Below, one piece after another: positions 27,901 to 42,050 of a stretch of 64,000 bases of DNA. Source of the DNA: Eledone cirrhosa (taxonomy: Eukaryota); assembly GCA_964016885.1 (NCBI GenBank), contig OZ024740.1:59892001-59956000 (forward strand). The letters are read 5' to 3'. How positions within the stretch are numbered: position 1 is the first letter of the stretch; each line of letters opens with the position of its first letter. Both the position numbers and the translations under genes were made by a program. Under the pieces are notes generated by a model. That model searched no databases. It saw nothing but the letters and a program-made list of their open reading frames with translations, and was not told where the DNA came from.

Positions 27901-30900
27901 TTCTTTTAGTTGTGACATCTGCATGACCACTTTACAGTGTGGGGTGTATGCTTTTAGTTGTAACACCTACAAGACCACTTTACAGTGTGGGTTGGATGCT
28001 TTTAGTTGTGACTCCTACATGACCACTTTACAATGTGGGCTGGGTGCTTTTAGTTGTAACTCGTAAAGACCACTTTACAGTGTGCGTTGGGTGCTTTTAG
28101 TTGTGACACCTACATGACCACTTTACAGTGTGAGTTGGGTGCTTTTAGTTGTGACACCTACAAGACCACTTTACAGTGTGGGCTGGATGCTTTTAGTTGT
28201 GACACCTACATGACCACTTTACAATGTGGGCTGGGTTCTTTTAGTTGTGACTCCTACAAGACCACTTTACATTGTGGGGTGGTTGCTTTTAGTTGTGACT
28301 CCTACATGACCACTTTACAGTGTGTGCTGGGTGCTTTTAGTTGTGACTCCTACAAGACCACTTTACAGTGTGAGCTGGATGCTTTTAGTTGTGACTCCTA
28401 CAAGACCACTTTACAGTGTCGGCTGGGTGCTTTTAGTTGTGACTCCTACATGACCACTTTACAGTGTGTGCTGGGTGCTTTTAGTTGTAACTCCTACAAG
28501 ACCACTTTACAGTGTGGGCTGGGTTCTTTTAGTAGTGACATCTGCATGACCACTTTACAGTGTGGGCTGGGTGCTTTTAGTTGTGACTCCTACAAGACCA
28601 CTTTACGGTGTGGGCTGTGTGCTTTTAGTTGTGACTCCTACAAGACCACTTTACAGTGTGGGCTGAGTGCTTTTAGTTGTGTCACCTACATGACCACTTT
28701 ACAGTGTGGGTTGGGTGCTTTTATTTGTGACACTTACATGACCACTTTACAGTGTGGGCTGGGTGATTTTAGTTGTGACTCCTACAAGACCACTTTACAG
28801 TGTGGGGTGGATGCTTTTAGTTGTGACACCTACAAGACCACTCAACAGTGGGCTGGGTGCTTTTAGTTGTGACTCCTACAAGACACTTTACAGTGTGTGT
28901 TGGATGCTTTTAGTTGTGACTCCTACATGACCACTTTACAATGTGGGCTGGGTGCTTTTAGTTGTGACTCGTACAAGACCACTTTACAGTGTGGTTTGGG
29001 TGCTTTTAGTTGTGACTCCTACAAGACCACTTTACAGTGTGGGGTGTATGCTTTAAAGTTGTAACACCTACAAGACCACTTTACAGTGTGGGTTGGATGC
29101 TTTTAGTTGTGACTACTACAAGACCACTTTACAGTGTGGGCTGGATGCTTTTAGTTGTGACACCTAAAAGACCACTTTACAGTGTGGGCTGGATGCTTTT
29201 AGTTGTGACATCTACATAATCACTTTACAGTGTGGGTTGGGTGCTTTTAGTTGTGACTCCTACATGACCACTTTACAATGTGGGCTGGGTGCTTTTAGTT
29301 GTAACTCGTAAAGACCACTTTACAGTGTGCGTTGGGTGCTTTTAGTTGTGACACCTACATGACCACTTTACAGTGTGGGCTGGGTGCTTTTAGTTGTGAC
29401 TCCTACAAGACCACTTTACGGTGTGGGCTGTGTGCTTTTAGTTGTGACTCCTACAAGACCACTTTACAGTGTGGGCTGAGTGCTTTTAGTTGTGTCACCT
29501 ACATGACCACTTTACAGTGTGGGTTGGGTGCTTTTATTTGTGACACTTACATGACCACTTTACAGTGTGGGCTGGGTGATTTTAGTTGTGACTCCTACAA
29601 GACCACTTTACAGTGTGGGGTGGATGCTTTTAGTTGTGACACCTACAAGACCACTCAACAGTGGGCTGGGTGCTTTTAGTTGTGATTCCTACAAGACACT
29701 TTACAGTGTGTGTTGGATGCTTTTAGTTGTGACTCCTACATGACCACTTTACAATGTGGGCTGGGTGCTTTTAGTTGTGACTCGTACAAGACCACTTTAC
29801 AATGTGGTTTGGGTGCTTTTAGTTGTGACACCTACAAGACCACTTTACAGTGTGGGTTTGGTGCTTTTAGTTGTGACTCGTACAAGACCACTTTACAGCG
29901 TGGGCTGGGTGCTTTTAATTGTGACTCCGACATGACCACTTTACAGTGTGGGTTGGGTGCTTTTAGTTGTGACTCTTACAAGACCACTTTACAGTGTGGG
30001 CTGGATGCTTTTAGTTGTGACTCCTACAAGACTACTTTACGGTGTGGGTCGGGTGCATTTAGTTGTGACACATACATGACCACTTTACAGTGTGGGTTGG
30101 CTGCTTTTAGTTATGACGCCTACAAGACCACTTTACAGTGTCGGCTGGATGCTTTTAGTTGTGACACCTACAAGACCACTTTATAATGTGGGCTGTATGC
30201 TTTTAGTTGTGACTCCTACAAGACCACTTTACAGTGTGGTTTGGGTTCTTTTAGTTGTGACTCCTACATGACCACTTTACAATGTGGGCTGGGTGCTTTT
30301 AGATGTGACTCCTACAAGACCACTTTACATTGTGGGCTGGGTGCTTTCAGTTGTGACTCCTACATGACCACTTTACAGTGTGTGCTGGGTGCTTTTAGTT
30401 GTGACTCCTACAAGACCACTTTACGGTGTGGGCTGGGTTCTTTTAGTAGTGACATCTGCATGACCACTTTACAGTGTGGGCTGGGTGCTTTTAGTTGTGA
30501 CTACTACAAGACCACTTTACAGTGTGGGCTGGGTGCTTTTATTTGTGACTCCTACAAGACCACTTTACAATGTGGGCTGGGTGCTTTTATTTGTGACACC
30601 TACAAGACCACTTTACAGTGTGAGCTGGGTGCTTTTAGTTGTGACACCTACATGACCACTTTACATTGTGGGTTGGGTGCTTTTATTTGTGACACATACA
30701 TGACCACTTATCAGTGTGGCTTGGGTGCTTTTAGTTGTGACTCCTACAAGACCACTTTACAGTGTGGGCTGCATGCTTTTAGTTGTGATTCCTACAAGAC
30801 CACTTTACAGTGTGGGTTGGGTGCTTTTATTTGTGACACTTACATGACCTCTTTACAGTGTGGGCTGGATGCTTTTAGTTGTGACTCATACAAGACCACT

Positions 30901-33900
30901 TTACAGTGTGGGCTGGGTGCTTTTAGTTGTGACTCCTACAAGACCACTTTACAGTGTGGGCTGGATTCTTTTAGTTGTGACACCTACAAGACCACTATAC
31001 AGTGTGGGCTGGGTGCTTTTATTTGTGACACCTACAAGACCACTTTACACTGTGGATTGGGTGCTTTTAGTTGTGACTCCTACAAGACCACTTTACAGTG
31101 TGGGGTGTATGCTTTTAGTTGTAACACCTACAAGACCACTTTACAGTGTGGGTTGGATGCTTTTAGTTGTGACTACTACAAGACCACTTTACAGTGTGGG
31201 CTGGATGCTTTTAGTTGTGACACCTAAAAGACCACTTTACAGTGTGGGCTGGATGCTTTCAGTTGTGACTCCTACATGACCACTTTACAGTATGGATTGG
31301 GTGCTTTCAGTTGTGACATCTGCATGACCACTGTACAGTGTGGGCTGGATGCTTTTAGTTGTGACATCTACATAATCACTTTACAGTGTGGGTTGGGCGA
31401 TTTTAGTTGTGACTCCTACATGACCACTTTACAATGTGGGCTGGGTGCTTTTAGTTGTAACTCGTAAAGACCACTTTACAGTGTGCGTTGGGTGCTTTTA
31501 GTTGTGACACCTACATGACCACTTTACAGTGTGAGTTGGGTGCTTTTAGTTGTGACACCTACAAGACCACTTTACAGTGTGGGCTGGATGCTTTTAGTTG
31601 TGACACCTACAAGACCACTTTACAGTGTGGGCTGGGTGCTTTTACTTGTGACATCTACATGACCACTTTACAGTGTGGGTTGGGTGCTTTTAGTTGTGAC
31701 TCCTACATGACCACTTTACAATGTGGGCTGGGTGCTTTTAGTTGTGACTCCTACAAGACCACTTTACATTGTGGGCTGGTCGCTTTTAGTTGTGACTCCT
31801 ACATGACCACTTTACAGTGTGTGCTGGGTGCTTTTAGTTGTGACTCCTACAAGACCACTTTACAGTGTGAGCTGGATGCTTTTAGTTGTGACTCCTACAA
31901 GACCACTTTACAGTGTCGGCTGGGTGCTTTTAGTTGTGACTCCTACATGACCACTTTACAGTGTGTGCTGGGTGCTTTTAGTTGTGACTCCTACAAGACC
32001 ACTTTACAGTGTGGGCTGGGTTCTTTTAGTAGTGACATCTGCATGACCACTTTACAGTGTGGGCTGGGTGCTTTTAGTTGTGACTCCTACAAGACCACTT
32101 TACGGTGTGGGCTGTGTGCTTTTAGTTGTGACTCCTACAAGACCACTTTACAGTGTGGGCTGAGTGCTTTTAGTTGTGTCACCTACATGACCACTTTACA
32201 GTGTGGGTTGGGTGCTTTTATTTGTGACACTTACATGACCACTTTACAGTGTGGGCTGGGTGATTTTAGTTGTGACTCCTACAAGACCACTTTACAGTGT
32301 GGGGTGGATGCTTTTAGTTGTGACACCTACAAGACCACTCAACAGTGGGCTGGGTGCTTTTAGTTGTGACTCCTACAAGACACTTTACAGTGTGTGTTGG
32401 ATGCTTTTAGTTGTGACTCCTACAAGACACTTTACAGTGTGGGCTGGTTGCTTTTAGTTGTGTCTCCGAAAAACCACTTTACTGTGTGGGTTGGGTGCTT
32501 TTATTTGTGAAACCTACAAGACCACTTTACAGTGTGGGTTTGGTGCTTTTAGTTGTGACTCGTACAAGACCACTTTACAGTGTGGGCTGGGTGCTTTTAA
32601 TTGTGACTCCGACATGACCACTTTACAGTGTGGGTTGGGTGCTTTTAGTTGTGACTCTTACAAGACCACTTTACAGTGTGGGCTGGATGCTTTTAGTTGT
32701 GACTCCTACAAGACTACTTTACGGTGTGGGTCGGGTGCATTTAGTTGTGACACATACATGACCACTTTACAGTGTGGGTTGGCTGCTTTTAGTTATGACG
32801 CCTATAAGACCACTTTACAGTGTCGGCTGGATGCTTTTAGTTGTGACACCTACAAGACCACTTTACAATGTGGGCTGGATGCTTTTAGTTGTGACTCCTA
32901 CAAGACCACTTTACAGTGTGGGTTGGGTGCTTTTAGTTGTGACTCCTACATGACCACTTTACAATGTGGGCTGGGTGCTTTTAGTTGTGACTCCTACAAG
33001 ACCACTTTACATTGTGGGCTGGGTGCTTTTAGTTGTGACTCCTACATGACCACTTTACAGTGTGTGCTGGGTGCTTTTAGTTGTGACTCCTACAAGACCA
33101 CTTTACGGTGTGGGTTGGGTTCTTTTAGTAGTGACATCTGCATGACCACTTTACAGTGTGGGCTGGGTGCTTTTAGTTGTGACTCCTACAAGACCACTTT
33201 ACAGTGTGGGCTGGGTGCTTTTATTTGTGACTCCTACAAGACCACTTTACAATGTGGGCTGGGTGCTTTTATTTGTGACACCTACAAGACCACTTTACAG
33301 TGTGAGCTGGGTGCTTTTAGTTGTGACACCTACATGACCACTTTACATTGTGGGTTGGGTGCTTTTATTTGTGACACATACATGACCACTTATCAGTGTG
33401 GCTTGGGTGCTTTTAGTTGTGACTCCTACAAGACCACTTTACAGTGTGGGCTGCGTGCTTTTAGTTGTGATTCCTACAAGACCACTTTACAGTGTGGGTT
33501 GGGTGCTTTTATTTGTGACACTTACATGACCACTTTACAGTGTGGGCTGGATGCTTTTAGTTGTGACTCATACAAGACCACTTTACAGTGTGGGCTGGGT
33601 GCTTTTAGTTGTGACTCCTACAAGACCACTTTACAGTGTGGGCTGAGTGCTTTTAGTTGTGACACCTACATGACCACTTTACAGTGTGGTTTGGGTGCTT
33701 TTATTTGTGACACTAACATGACCACTTTACAGTGTGGGCTGGATGCTTTTAGTTGTGACTCGTACAAGACCACTTTACAGCGTGGACTGGATGCTTTGAT
33801 TTATGACACCTACAAGACCACTCAACAGTGGGCTGAGTGCTTTTAGTTGTGACTCCTACAAGACCACTCAACAGTGGGTTGGATGCTTTTAGTTCTGACT

Positions 33901-34120
33901 CCTACAAGACCACTTTATAGTGTGGGTTGGATGCTTTTATTTGTGACTCCTACAAGACCACTTTACAGTGTGGGCTGGCTTCTTTTAGTTGTGACATCTG
34001 CATGACCACTTTACAGTGTGGGCTGGGTGCTTTTAGTTGTGACCCCTACAAGACCACTTTACAGTGTAGGCTGGGTTCTTTTACTTGTGACTCCTACAAG
34101 ACCACTCAACAGTGGGCTGG
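25000..34120. repeat. Patchwork duplication domain with 2-3 partial, more diverged block copies
   Basis: Marker CTCCGACATG followed by GGGTCGGGTGCATT near 25191, 29927, 32609. Marker AACTCGTAAAGACC near 28058, 29303, 31459. ORF pair 28087/31488. Confidence 0.75.
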
Positions 34121-35989
34121 GTGCTTTTATTTGTGACATCTACATGACCACTTTACAGTGTGGGTTGGGTGCTTTTAGTTGTGACTCCTACATGACCACT
34201 TTACAATGTGGGCTGGGTGCTTTTAGTTGTGACTCCTACATGACCACTTTACAGTGTGTGCTGGGTGCTTTTAGTTGTGACTCCTACAAGACCACTTTAC
34301 AGTGTGAGCTGGATGCTTTTAGTTGTGACTCCTACAAGACCACTTTACAGTGTCGGCTGGGTGCTTTTAGTTGTGACACCTTCATGACCACTTTACAGTG
34401 TGTGCTGGGTGCTTTTAGTTGTGACTCCTACAAGAACACTTTACAGTGTGGGCTGGGTTCTTTTAGTAGTGACATCTGCATGACCACTTTACAGTGTGGG
34501 CTGGGTGCTTTTAGTTGTGACTCTTACAAGAACACTTTACAGTTCGGGCTGGGTTCTTTTAGTTGTGACATCTGCATGACCACTTTACTGTTTGAGCTGG
34601 ATGCTTTAATTGTGACTCCTTTAAGACCACTTTACAATGTGGGCTGGGTGCTTTCAGTTGTGACTCCTACAAGACCACTTTACAGTGTGGGCTGGGTGCT
34701 TTTAGTTGTGACTCCTACATGACCAGTTTACAGTGGGGGTAGGGTGCTTTTAGTTGTGACATCTGCATGACCAATTTACAGTGTGGGCTGGATGCTTTTA
34801 GTTGTGACATCAACATGACCACTTTACAGTGTGGGTTGGGTGCTTTTAGTTGTGACTCCTACAACACCACTTTACGTTGTGGGCTGGATGCTTTTAGTTG
34901 TGACTCGTACAAGACCACTTTACAGTGTGGGTTGGGTGCTTTTAGTTGTGACACCTACAAGACCACTTTACAGTGTGGGCTGGGTGCTTTTATTTGTGAC
35001 ACCTACAAGACCACTTTACAGTGTGGGCTGGGTGCTTTTAGTTGTGACTCCTACAAGACCACTTTACAGTGTGGGCTGGGTGCTTTTAGTTGTGACTCCT
35101 ACATGACCAGTTTACAGTGGGGGTAGGGTGCTTTTAGTTGTGACATCTGCATGACCACTTTACAGTGTGGGCTGGATGCTTTTAGTTGTGACATCAACAT
35201 GACCACTTTACAGTGTGGGTTGGGTGCATTTAGTTGTGACTCCTACATGACCACTTTACAGTGTGTGCTGGGTGCTTTTAGTTGTGACTCCTACAAGACC
35301 ACTTTACAGTGTGGGCTGGGTTCTTTTAGTTGTGACATCTGCATGACCACTTTACAGTGTGGGCTGGGTCCTTTTAGTTGTGACTCCTACAAGACCACTT
35401 TACAGTGTGGGCTGGGTTCTTTTAGTTGTGACATCTGCATGACCACTTTACAGTGTGGGTTGGGTGCTTTTAGTTGTGACTCCTACAAGACCACTTTACA
35501 GTGTGGGCTGGGTTCTTTTAGTTTTGATATCTGCATGACCACTTTACAGTGTGAGTTGGATGCTTTAATTGTGACTCCTACAAGACCACTTTACAGTGTG
35601 GGTTGGGTGCTTTTAGTTGTGACTCCTACAAGACCACTTTACAGTGTGGGTTTGGGTGCTTTTAGTTGTGACTCCTACAAGACCACTTTACAGTGTGGGC
35701 TGGGTGCTTTTAGTTGTGACTCCCACAAGACAACTTTAATGTGTGGGTTGGATGCTTTTAGTTGTGACTCCTACATGACCACTTTACAGTGTGGGCTGGA
35801 TGCTTTTAGTTGTGACTCGTACAAGACCACTTTACAGTGTGGGTTGGGTGCTTTTAGTTGTGACACCTACAAGACCACTTTACAGTGTGGGCTGGATGCT
35901 TTTAGTTGTGACACCTACAAGACCACTTTACAGTGTGGGCTGGGTGCTTTTATTTGTGACACCTACATGACCTCTTTACAGTGTGGGCT

Positions 35990-38900
35990 GGATGCTTTTA
36001 GTTGTGACATCTACATGACCACTTTACAGTGTGGGTTGGGTGCTTTTAGTTGTGACTCCTACATGACCAATTTACAATGTGGGCTGGGTGCTTTTAGTTG
36101 TGACTCCTACATGACCAATTTACAGTGTGTGCTGGGTGCTTTTAGTTGTGACTCCTACAAGACCACTTTACAGTGTGGGCTGGGTTCTTTTAGTTGTAAC
36201 ATCTGCATGATCACTTTACAGTGTGGGCTACGTGCTTTTAGTTGTGACGCCTACATGACCACTTTACAGTGTGGGTTGGGTGCTTATATTTGTGACTCCT
36301 ACAAGACCACTTTACAGTGTGGGCTGGGTGCTTTTAGTTGTGACTCCTACAAGACCACTTTACATTGTGGGCTGGGTGCTTTTAGTTGTGACTCCTACAA
36401 GACGACTTTACAGTGTGGGTTGGGTGCTTTTATTTGTGACACTTACATGACCACTTTACAGTGTGGGCTGGATGCTTTTAGTTGTGACTCGTACAAGAAC
36501 ACATTACAGTGTGAACTGGATGCTTTTATTTGTGATACCTACAAAACCACTTGACAGTGGGCTGGGTGCTTTTAGTTGTGACTCCTACTAGACCACTTTA
36601 CAGTGTGGGCTGGATGTTTTATTTGTGACTCCTACAAGACCACTTTAGAGTGTGGGCTGGATGCTTTTACTTGTGACTCCTACAAGACCACTTTACAGTG
36701 TGGGCTGGGTGCTTTTAGTTGTGACTCCTACAAGACCACTCGACAGTGGGCTAGGTGCTTTTATTTGTGACACCTACAAGACCACTTTACACTGTGGATT
36801 GGGTGCTTTTAGTTGTGACTCCTACAAGACCACTTTACAGTGTGGGGTGGATGATTTTAGTTGTAACACCTACAAGACCACTTTACAGTGTCGGTTGGAT
36901 GCTTTTAGTTGTGACTACTACCAGACCACTTTACAGTGTGGGCTGGATGCTTTTAGTTGTGACACCTACAAGATCACTTTACAGTGTGGGCTGTATGATT
37001 TTAGTTGTGACTCCTACATGACCACTTTACAGTGTGGGTTGGGTGCTTTTAGTTGTGACATCTGCATGACCACTTTACAGTGTGGGATGGATGCTTTTAG
37101 TTGTGACATCTACATGACCACTTTACAGTGTGGGTTGGGTGCTTTTAGTTGTGACTCCTACATGACCACTTTACACTGTGGGCTGGGTGCTTTTTGTTGT
37201 AACTCGTACAAGACCACTTTACAGTGTGCGTTGGGTGCTTTTAGTTGTGACACCTACATGACCACTTTACAGTGTGAGTTGGGTGCTTTTAGTTGTGACA
37301 CCTACAAGACCACTTTACAGTGTGGGCTGGATGCTTTTAGTTGTGACACCTACAAGACCACTTTACAGTGTGGGCTGGGTGCTTTTATTTGTGACACCTA
37401 CAAGACCACTTTACAGTGTGGTTTGGGTGCTTTTATTTTTGACTCCTACAAGACCACTTTACAGTGTGGGCTGGGTGCTTTTAGTTGTGACTCCTACAAG
37501 ACCACTTTACAGTGTAGGCTGGGTGCTTTTGGTTGTGACTCATACATGACCACTTTACAGTGTGGGTAGGGTGCTTTTAGTTGTGACATGTGCATGACCA
37601 CTTTACAGTGTGGTCTGGATGATTTTAGTTGTGACATCTACATGACCACTTTACAGTGTGGGTTGGGTGCTTTTAGTTGTGACTCCTACATGACCACTTC
37701 ACAGTGTGTGCTGGGTGCTTTTAGTTGTGACTCCTACAAGACCACTTTACAGTGTGAGCTGGATGCTTTTAGTTGTAACTCCAACATGACCACTTTACAG
37801 TGTCGGCTGGGTGCTTTTAGTTGTGACTCCTACATGACCACTTTACAGTGTGTGCTGGGTGCTTTTAGTTGTCATTCCTACAAGACCACTTTACAGTGTG
37901 GGCTGGGTTCTTTTAGTAGTGATATCTGCATGACCACTTTACAGTGTGGGCTGGGTGCTTTTAGTTGTGACTCCTACAAGAACACTTTACAGTGTGGGCT
38001 GGGTTCTTTTAGTTGTGACATCTGCATGACCACTTTACTGTGTGAGCTGGATGCTTTAATTGTGACTCCTACAAGACCACTTTACAGTGTGAGTTGGGTG
38101 CTTTTAGTTGTGACTCCTACAAGACCACTTTACAGTGTGGGTTGGGTGCTTTTAGTTGTGACTCCTACAAGACCACTTTACAGAGTGGGCTGGGTGCTTT
38201 TAGTTGTGACATCAACATGACCACTTTACAGTGTGGGTTGGGTGCTTTTAGTTGTGACTCCTACATGACCACTTTACAATGTGGGCTGGGTGCTTTTAGT
38301 TGTGACTCGTACAAGACCACTTTACAGTGTGAGTTGGGTGCTTTTAGTTGTGACAGCTTCATGACCACTTTACGGTGTGGGTTGGGTGCTTTTAGTTGTG
38401 TCACCTACATGACCACTTTACTGTGTGGGCTGGACGCTTTTATTTGTGACTCATACAAGACCATTTTACATTGTGGGCTGGGTGCTTTTAGTTGTGACTC
38501 CTACATGACCACTTTACAGTGTGTGCTGGGTGCTTTTAGTTGTGACTCCTACAAGACCACTTTACAGTGTGGGCAGGGTTCTTTTAGTTGTGACATCTGC
38601 ATGACCACTTTACAGTGTGGGCTGGGTCCTTTTAGTTGTGACTCCTACAAGACCACTTTACAGTGTGGGATGGGTTCTTTTAGTTGTGACATCTGCATGA
38701 CCACTTTACAGTGTGGGTTGGGTGCTTTTAGTTGTGGCTCCTACAAGACCACTTTACAGTGTGGGCTGGGTTCTTTTAGTTGTGACATCTGCATGACCAC
38801 TTTACAGTGTGAGCTGGATGCTTTAATTGTGACTCCTACAAGACCACTTTACAGTGTGGGTTGGGTGCTTTTATTTGTGACTCCTACAAGACCACTTTAC

Positions 38901-41900
38901 AGTGTGGGCTGGGTGCTTTTATTTGTGACACCTACATGACCACTTTACAGTGTGGACTGGATGCTTTTAGTTGTGACCCCTACATGACCACTTTACAGTG
39001 TTGGTTGGGTGCTTTTAGTTGTGACATCTGCATGACCACTTTACAGTGTGGGCTGGATGCTTTTAGTTGTGACATCTACATGAACACTTTACAGTGTGGG
39101 TTGGGTGCTTTTAGTTGTGACTCCTACATGACCACTTTACAATGTGGGCTGGGTGCTTTTAGTTGTGACTCCTACATGACCAATTTACAGTGTGTGCTGG
39201 GTGCTTTTAGTTGTGACTCCTACAAGACCACTTTACAGTGTGGGCTGGGTTCTTTTAGTTGTGACATCTGCATGATCACTTTACAGTGTGGGCTGCGTGC
39301 TTTTAGTTGTGACTCCTACATGACCACTTTACAGTGTGGGTTGGGTGCTTTTATTTGTGACTCCTACAAGACCACTTTACAGTGTGGGCTGGGTGCTTTT
39401 AGTTGTGACTCCTACAAGACCACTTTACATTGTGGGCTGGGTGCTTTTAGTTGTGACTCCTACAAGACGACTTTACAGTGTGGGTTGGGTGCTTTTATTT
39501 GTGACACTTACATGACCACTTTACAGTGTGGGCTGGATGCTTTTAGTTGTGACTCGTACAAGAACACATTACAGTGTGAACTGGATGCTTTTATTTGTGA
39601 TACCTACAAAACCACTTGACAGTGGGCTGGGTGCTTTTAGTTGTGACTCCTACAAGACCACTTTACAGTGTGGGTTGGATGCTTTTATTTGTGACTCCTA
39701 CAAGACCACTTTAGAGTGTGGGCTGGATGCTTTTACTTGTGACTCCTACAAGACCACTTTACAGTGTGGGATGGGTGCTTTTAGTTGTGACTCCTACAAG
39801 ACCACTCGACAGTGGGCTAGGTGCTTTTATTTGTGACACCTACAAGACCACTTTACACTGTGGATTGGGTGCTTTTAGTTGTGACTCCTACAAGACCACT
39901 TTACAGTGTGGGGTGGATGCTTTTAGTTGTAACACCTACAAGACCACTTTACAGTGTCGGTTGGATGCTTTTAGTTGTGACTACTACCAGACCACTTTAC
40001 AGTGTGGGCTGGATGCTTTTAGTTGTGACACCTACAAGATCACTTTACAGTGTGGGCTGTATGCTTTTAGTTGTGACTCCTACATGACCACTTTACAGTG
40101 TGGGTTGGGTGCTTTTAGTTGTGACATCTGCATGACCACTTTACAGTGTGGGCTGGATGATTTTAGTTGTTACATCTACATGACCACTTTACAGTGTGGG
40201 TTGGGTGCTTTTAGTTGTGACTCCTACATGACCACTTTACACTGTGGGCTGGGTGCTTTTAGTTGTAACTCGTACAAGACCACTTTACAGTGTGCGTTGG
40301 GTGCTTTTAGTTGTGACACCTACATGACCACTTTACAGTGTGAGTTGGGTGCTTTTAGTTGTGACACCTACAAGACCACTTTACAGTGTGGGCTGGATGC
40401 TTTTAGTTGTGACACCTACAAGACCACTTTCCAGTGTGGGCTGGGTGCTTTTATTTGTGACACCTACAAGACCACTTTACAGTGTGGTTTGGGTGCTTTT
40501 ATTTTTGACTCCTACAAGACCACTTTACAGTGAGGGCTGGGTGCTTTTAGTTGTGACTCCTACAAGACCACTTTACAGTGTGGGCTGGGTGCTTTTAGTT
40601 GTGACTCATACATGACCACTTTACAGTGTGGGTAGGGTGCTTTTAGTTGTGACATGTGCATGACCACTTTACAGTGTGGTCTGGATGATTTTAGTTGTGA
40701 CATCTACATGACCACTTTACAGTGTGGGTTGGGTGCTTTTAGTTGTGACTCCTACATGACCACTTCACAGTGTGTGCTGGGTGCTTTTAGTTGTGACTCC
40801 TACAAGACCACTTTGCAGTGTGAGCTGGATGCTTTTAGTTGTAACTCCAACATGACCACTTTACAGTGTCGGCTGGGTGCTTTTAGTTGTGACTCCTACA
40901 TGACCACTTTACAGTGTGTGCTGGGTGCTTTTAGTTGTCACTCCTACAAGACCACTTTACAGTGTGGGCTGGGTTCTTTTAGTAGTGACATCTGCATGAC
41001 CACTTTACAGTGTGGGCTGGGTGCTTTTAATTGTGACTCCTACAAAAACACTTTACAGTGTGGGCTGGGTTCTTTTAGTTGTGACATCTGCATGACCACT
41101 TTACTGTGTGAGCTGGATGCTTTAATTGTGACTCCTACAAGACCACTTTACAGTGTGGGTTGGGTGCTTTTAGTTGTGACTCCTACAAGACCACTTTACA
41201 GAGTGGGCTGGGTGCTTTTAGTTGTGACATCAACATGACCACTTTACAGTGTGGGTTGGGTGCTTTTAGTTGTGACTCCTACAAGACCACTTTACAGTGT
41301 GGGTTGGGTGCTTTTAGTTGTGACTCCTACAAGACCACTTTACAGAGTGGGCTGGGTGCTTTTAGTTGTGACATCAACATGACCACTTTACAGTGTGGGT
41401 TGGGTGCTTTTAGTTGTGACTCCTACATGACCACTTTACAATGTGGGCTGGGTGCTTTTAGTTGTGACTCGTACAAGACCACTTTACAGTGTGCGTTGGG
41501 TGCTTTTAGTTGTGACAGCTACATGACCACTTTACGGTGTGGGTTGGGTGCTTTTAGTTGTGTCACCTACATGACCACTTTACTGTGTGGGCTGGACGCT
41601 TCTAGTTGTGACTCATACAAGACCATTTTACATTGTGGGCTGGGTGCTTTTAGTTGTGACTCCTACATGACCACTTTACAGTGTGTGCTGGGTGCCTTTA
41701 ATTGTGACTCCTACAAGACCACTTTACAGTGTGGGCTGGGTTCTTTTAGTTGTGACATCTGCATGACCACATTACAGTGTGGGCTGGGTCCTTTTAGTTG
41801 TGACTCCTACAAGACCACTTTACAGTGTGGGATGGGTTCTTTTAGTTGTGACATCTGCATGACCACTTTACAGTGTGGGTTGGGTGCTTTTAGTTGTGGC

Positions 41901-42050
41901 TCCTACAAGACCACTTTACAGTGTGGGCTGGGTTCTTTTAGTTGTGACATCTGCATGACCACTTTACAGTGTGAGCTGGATGCTTTAATTGTGACTCCTA
42001 CAAGACCACTTTACAGTGTGGGTTGGGTGCTTTTATTTGTGACTCCTACA
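35990..42050. repeat. Higher-order tandem duplication, period 3066 bp (64 monomers minus 6 bp)
   Basis: ORF pairs 36652/39718, 36755/39821, 37274/40340 and 37588/40654 are all offset by 3066. Shared private variants include CTACTACCAG, CACTTCACAG and GACATGTGC. Boundaries are approximate. Confidence 0.88.

Noticed and set aside
37700-37706. V(D)J RSS-like heptamer (TACAGTG in consensus, CACAGTG here and near 40766 and 59553) with ACAAGACC resembling the nonamer
   Set aside because: The consensus lacks the essential first C of CAC. The nonamer-like word lies 29 bp away rather than 12 or 23. No V, D or J segments are present.
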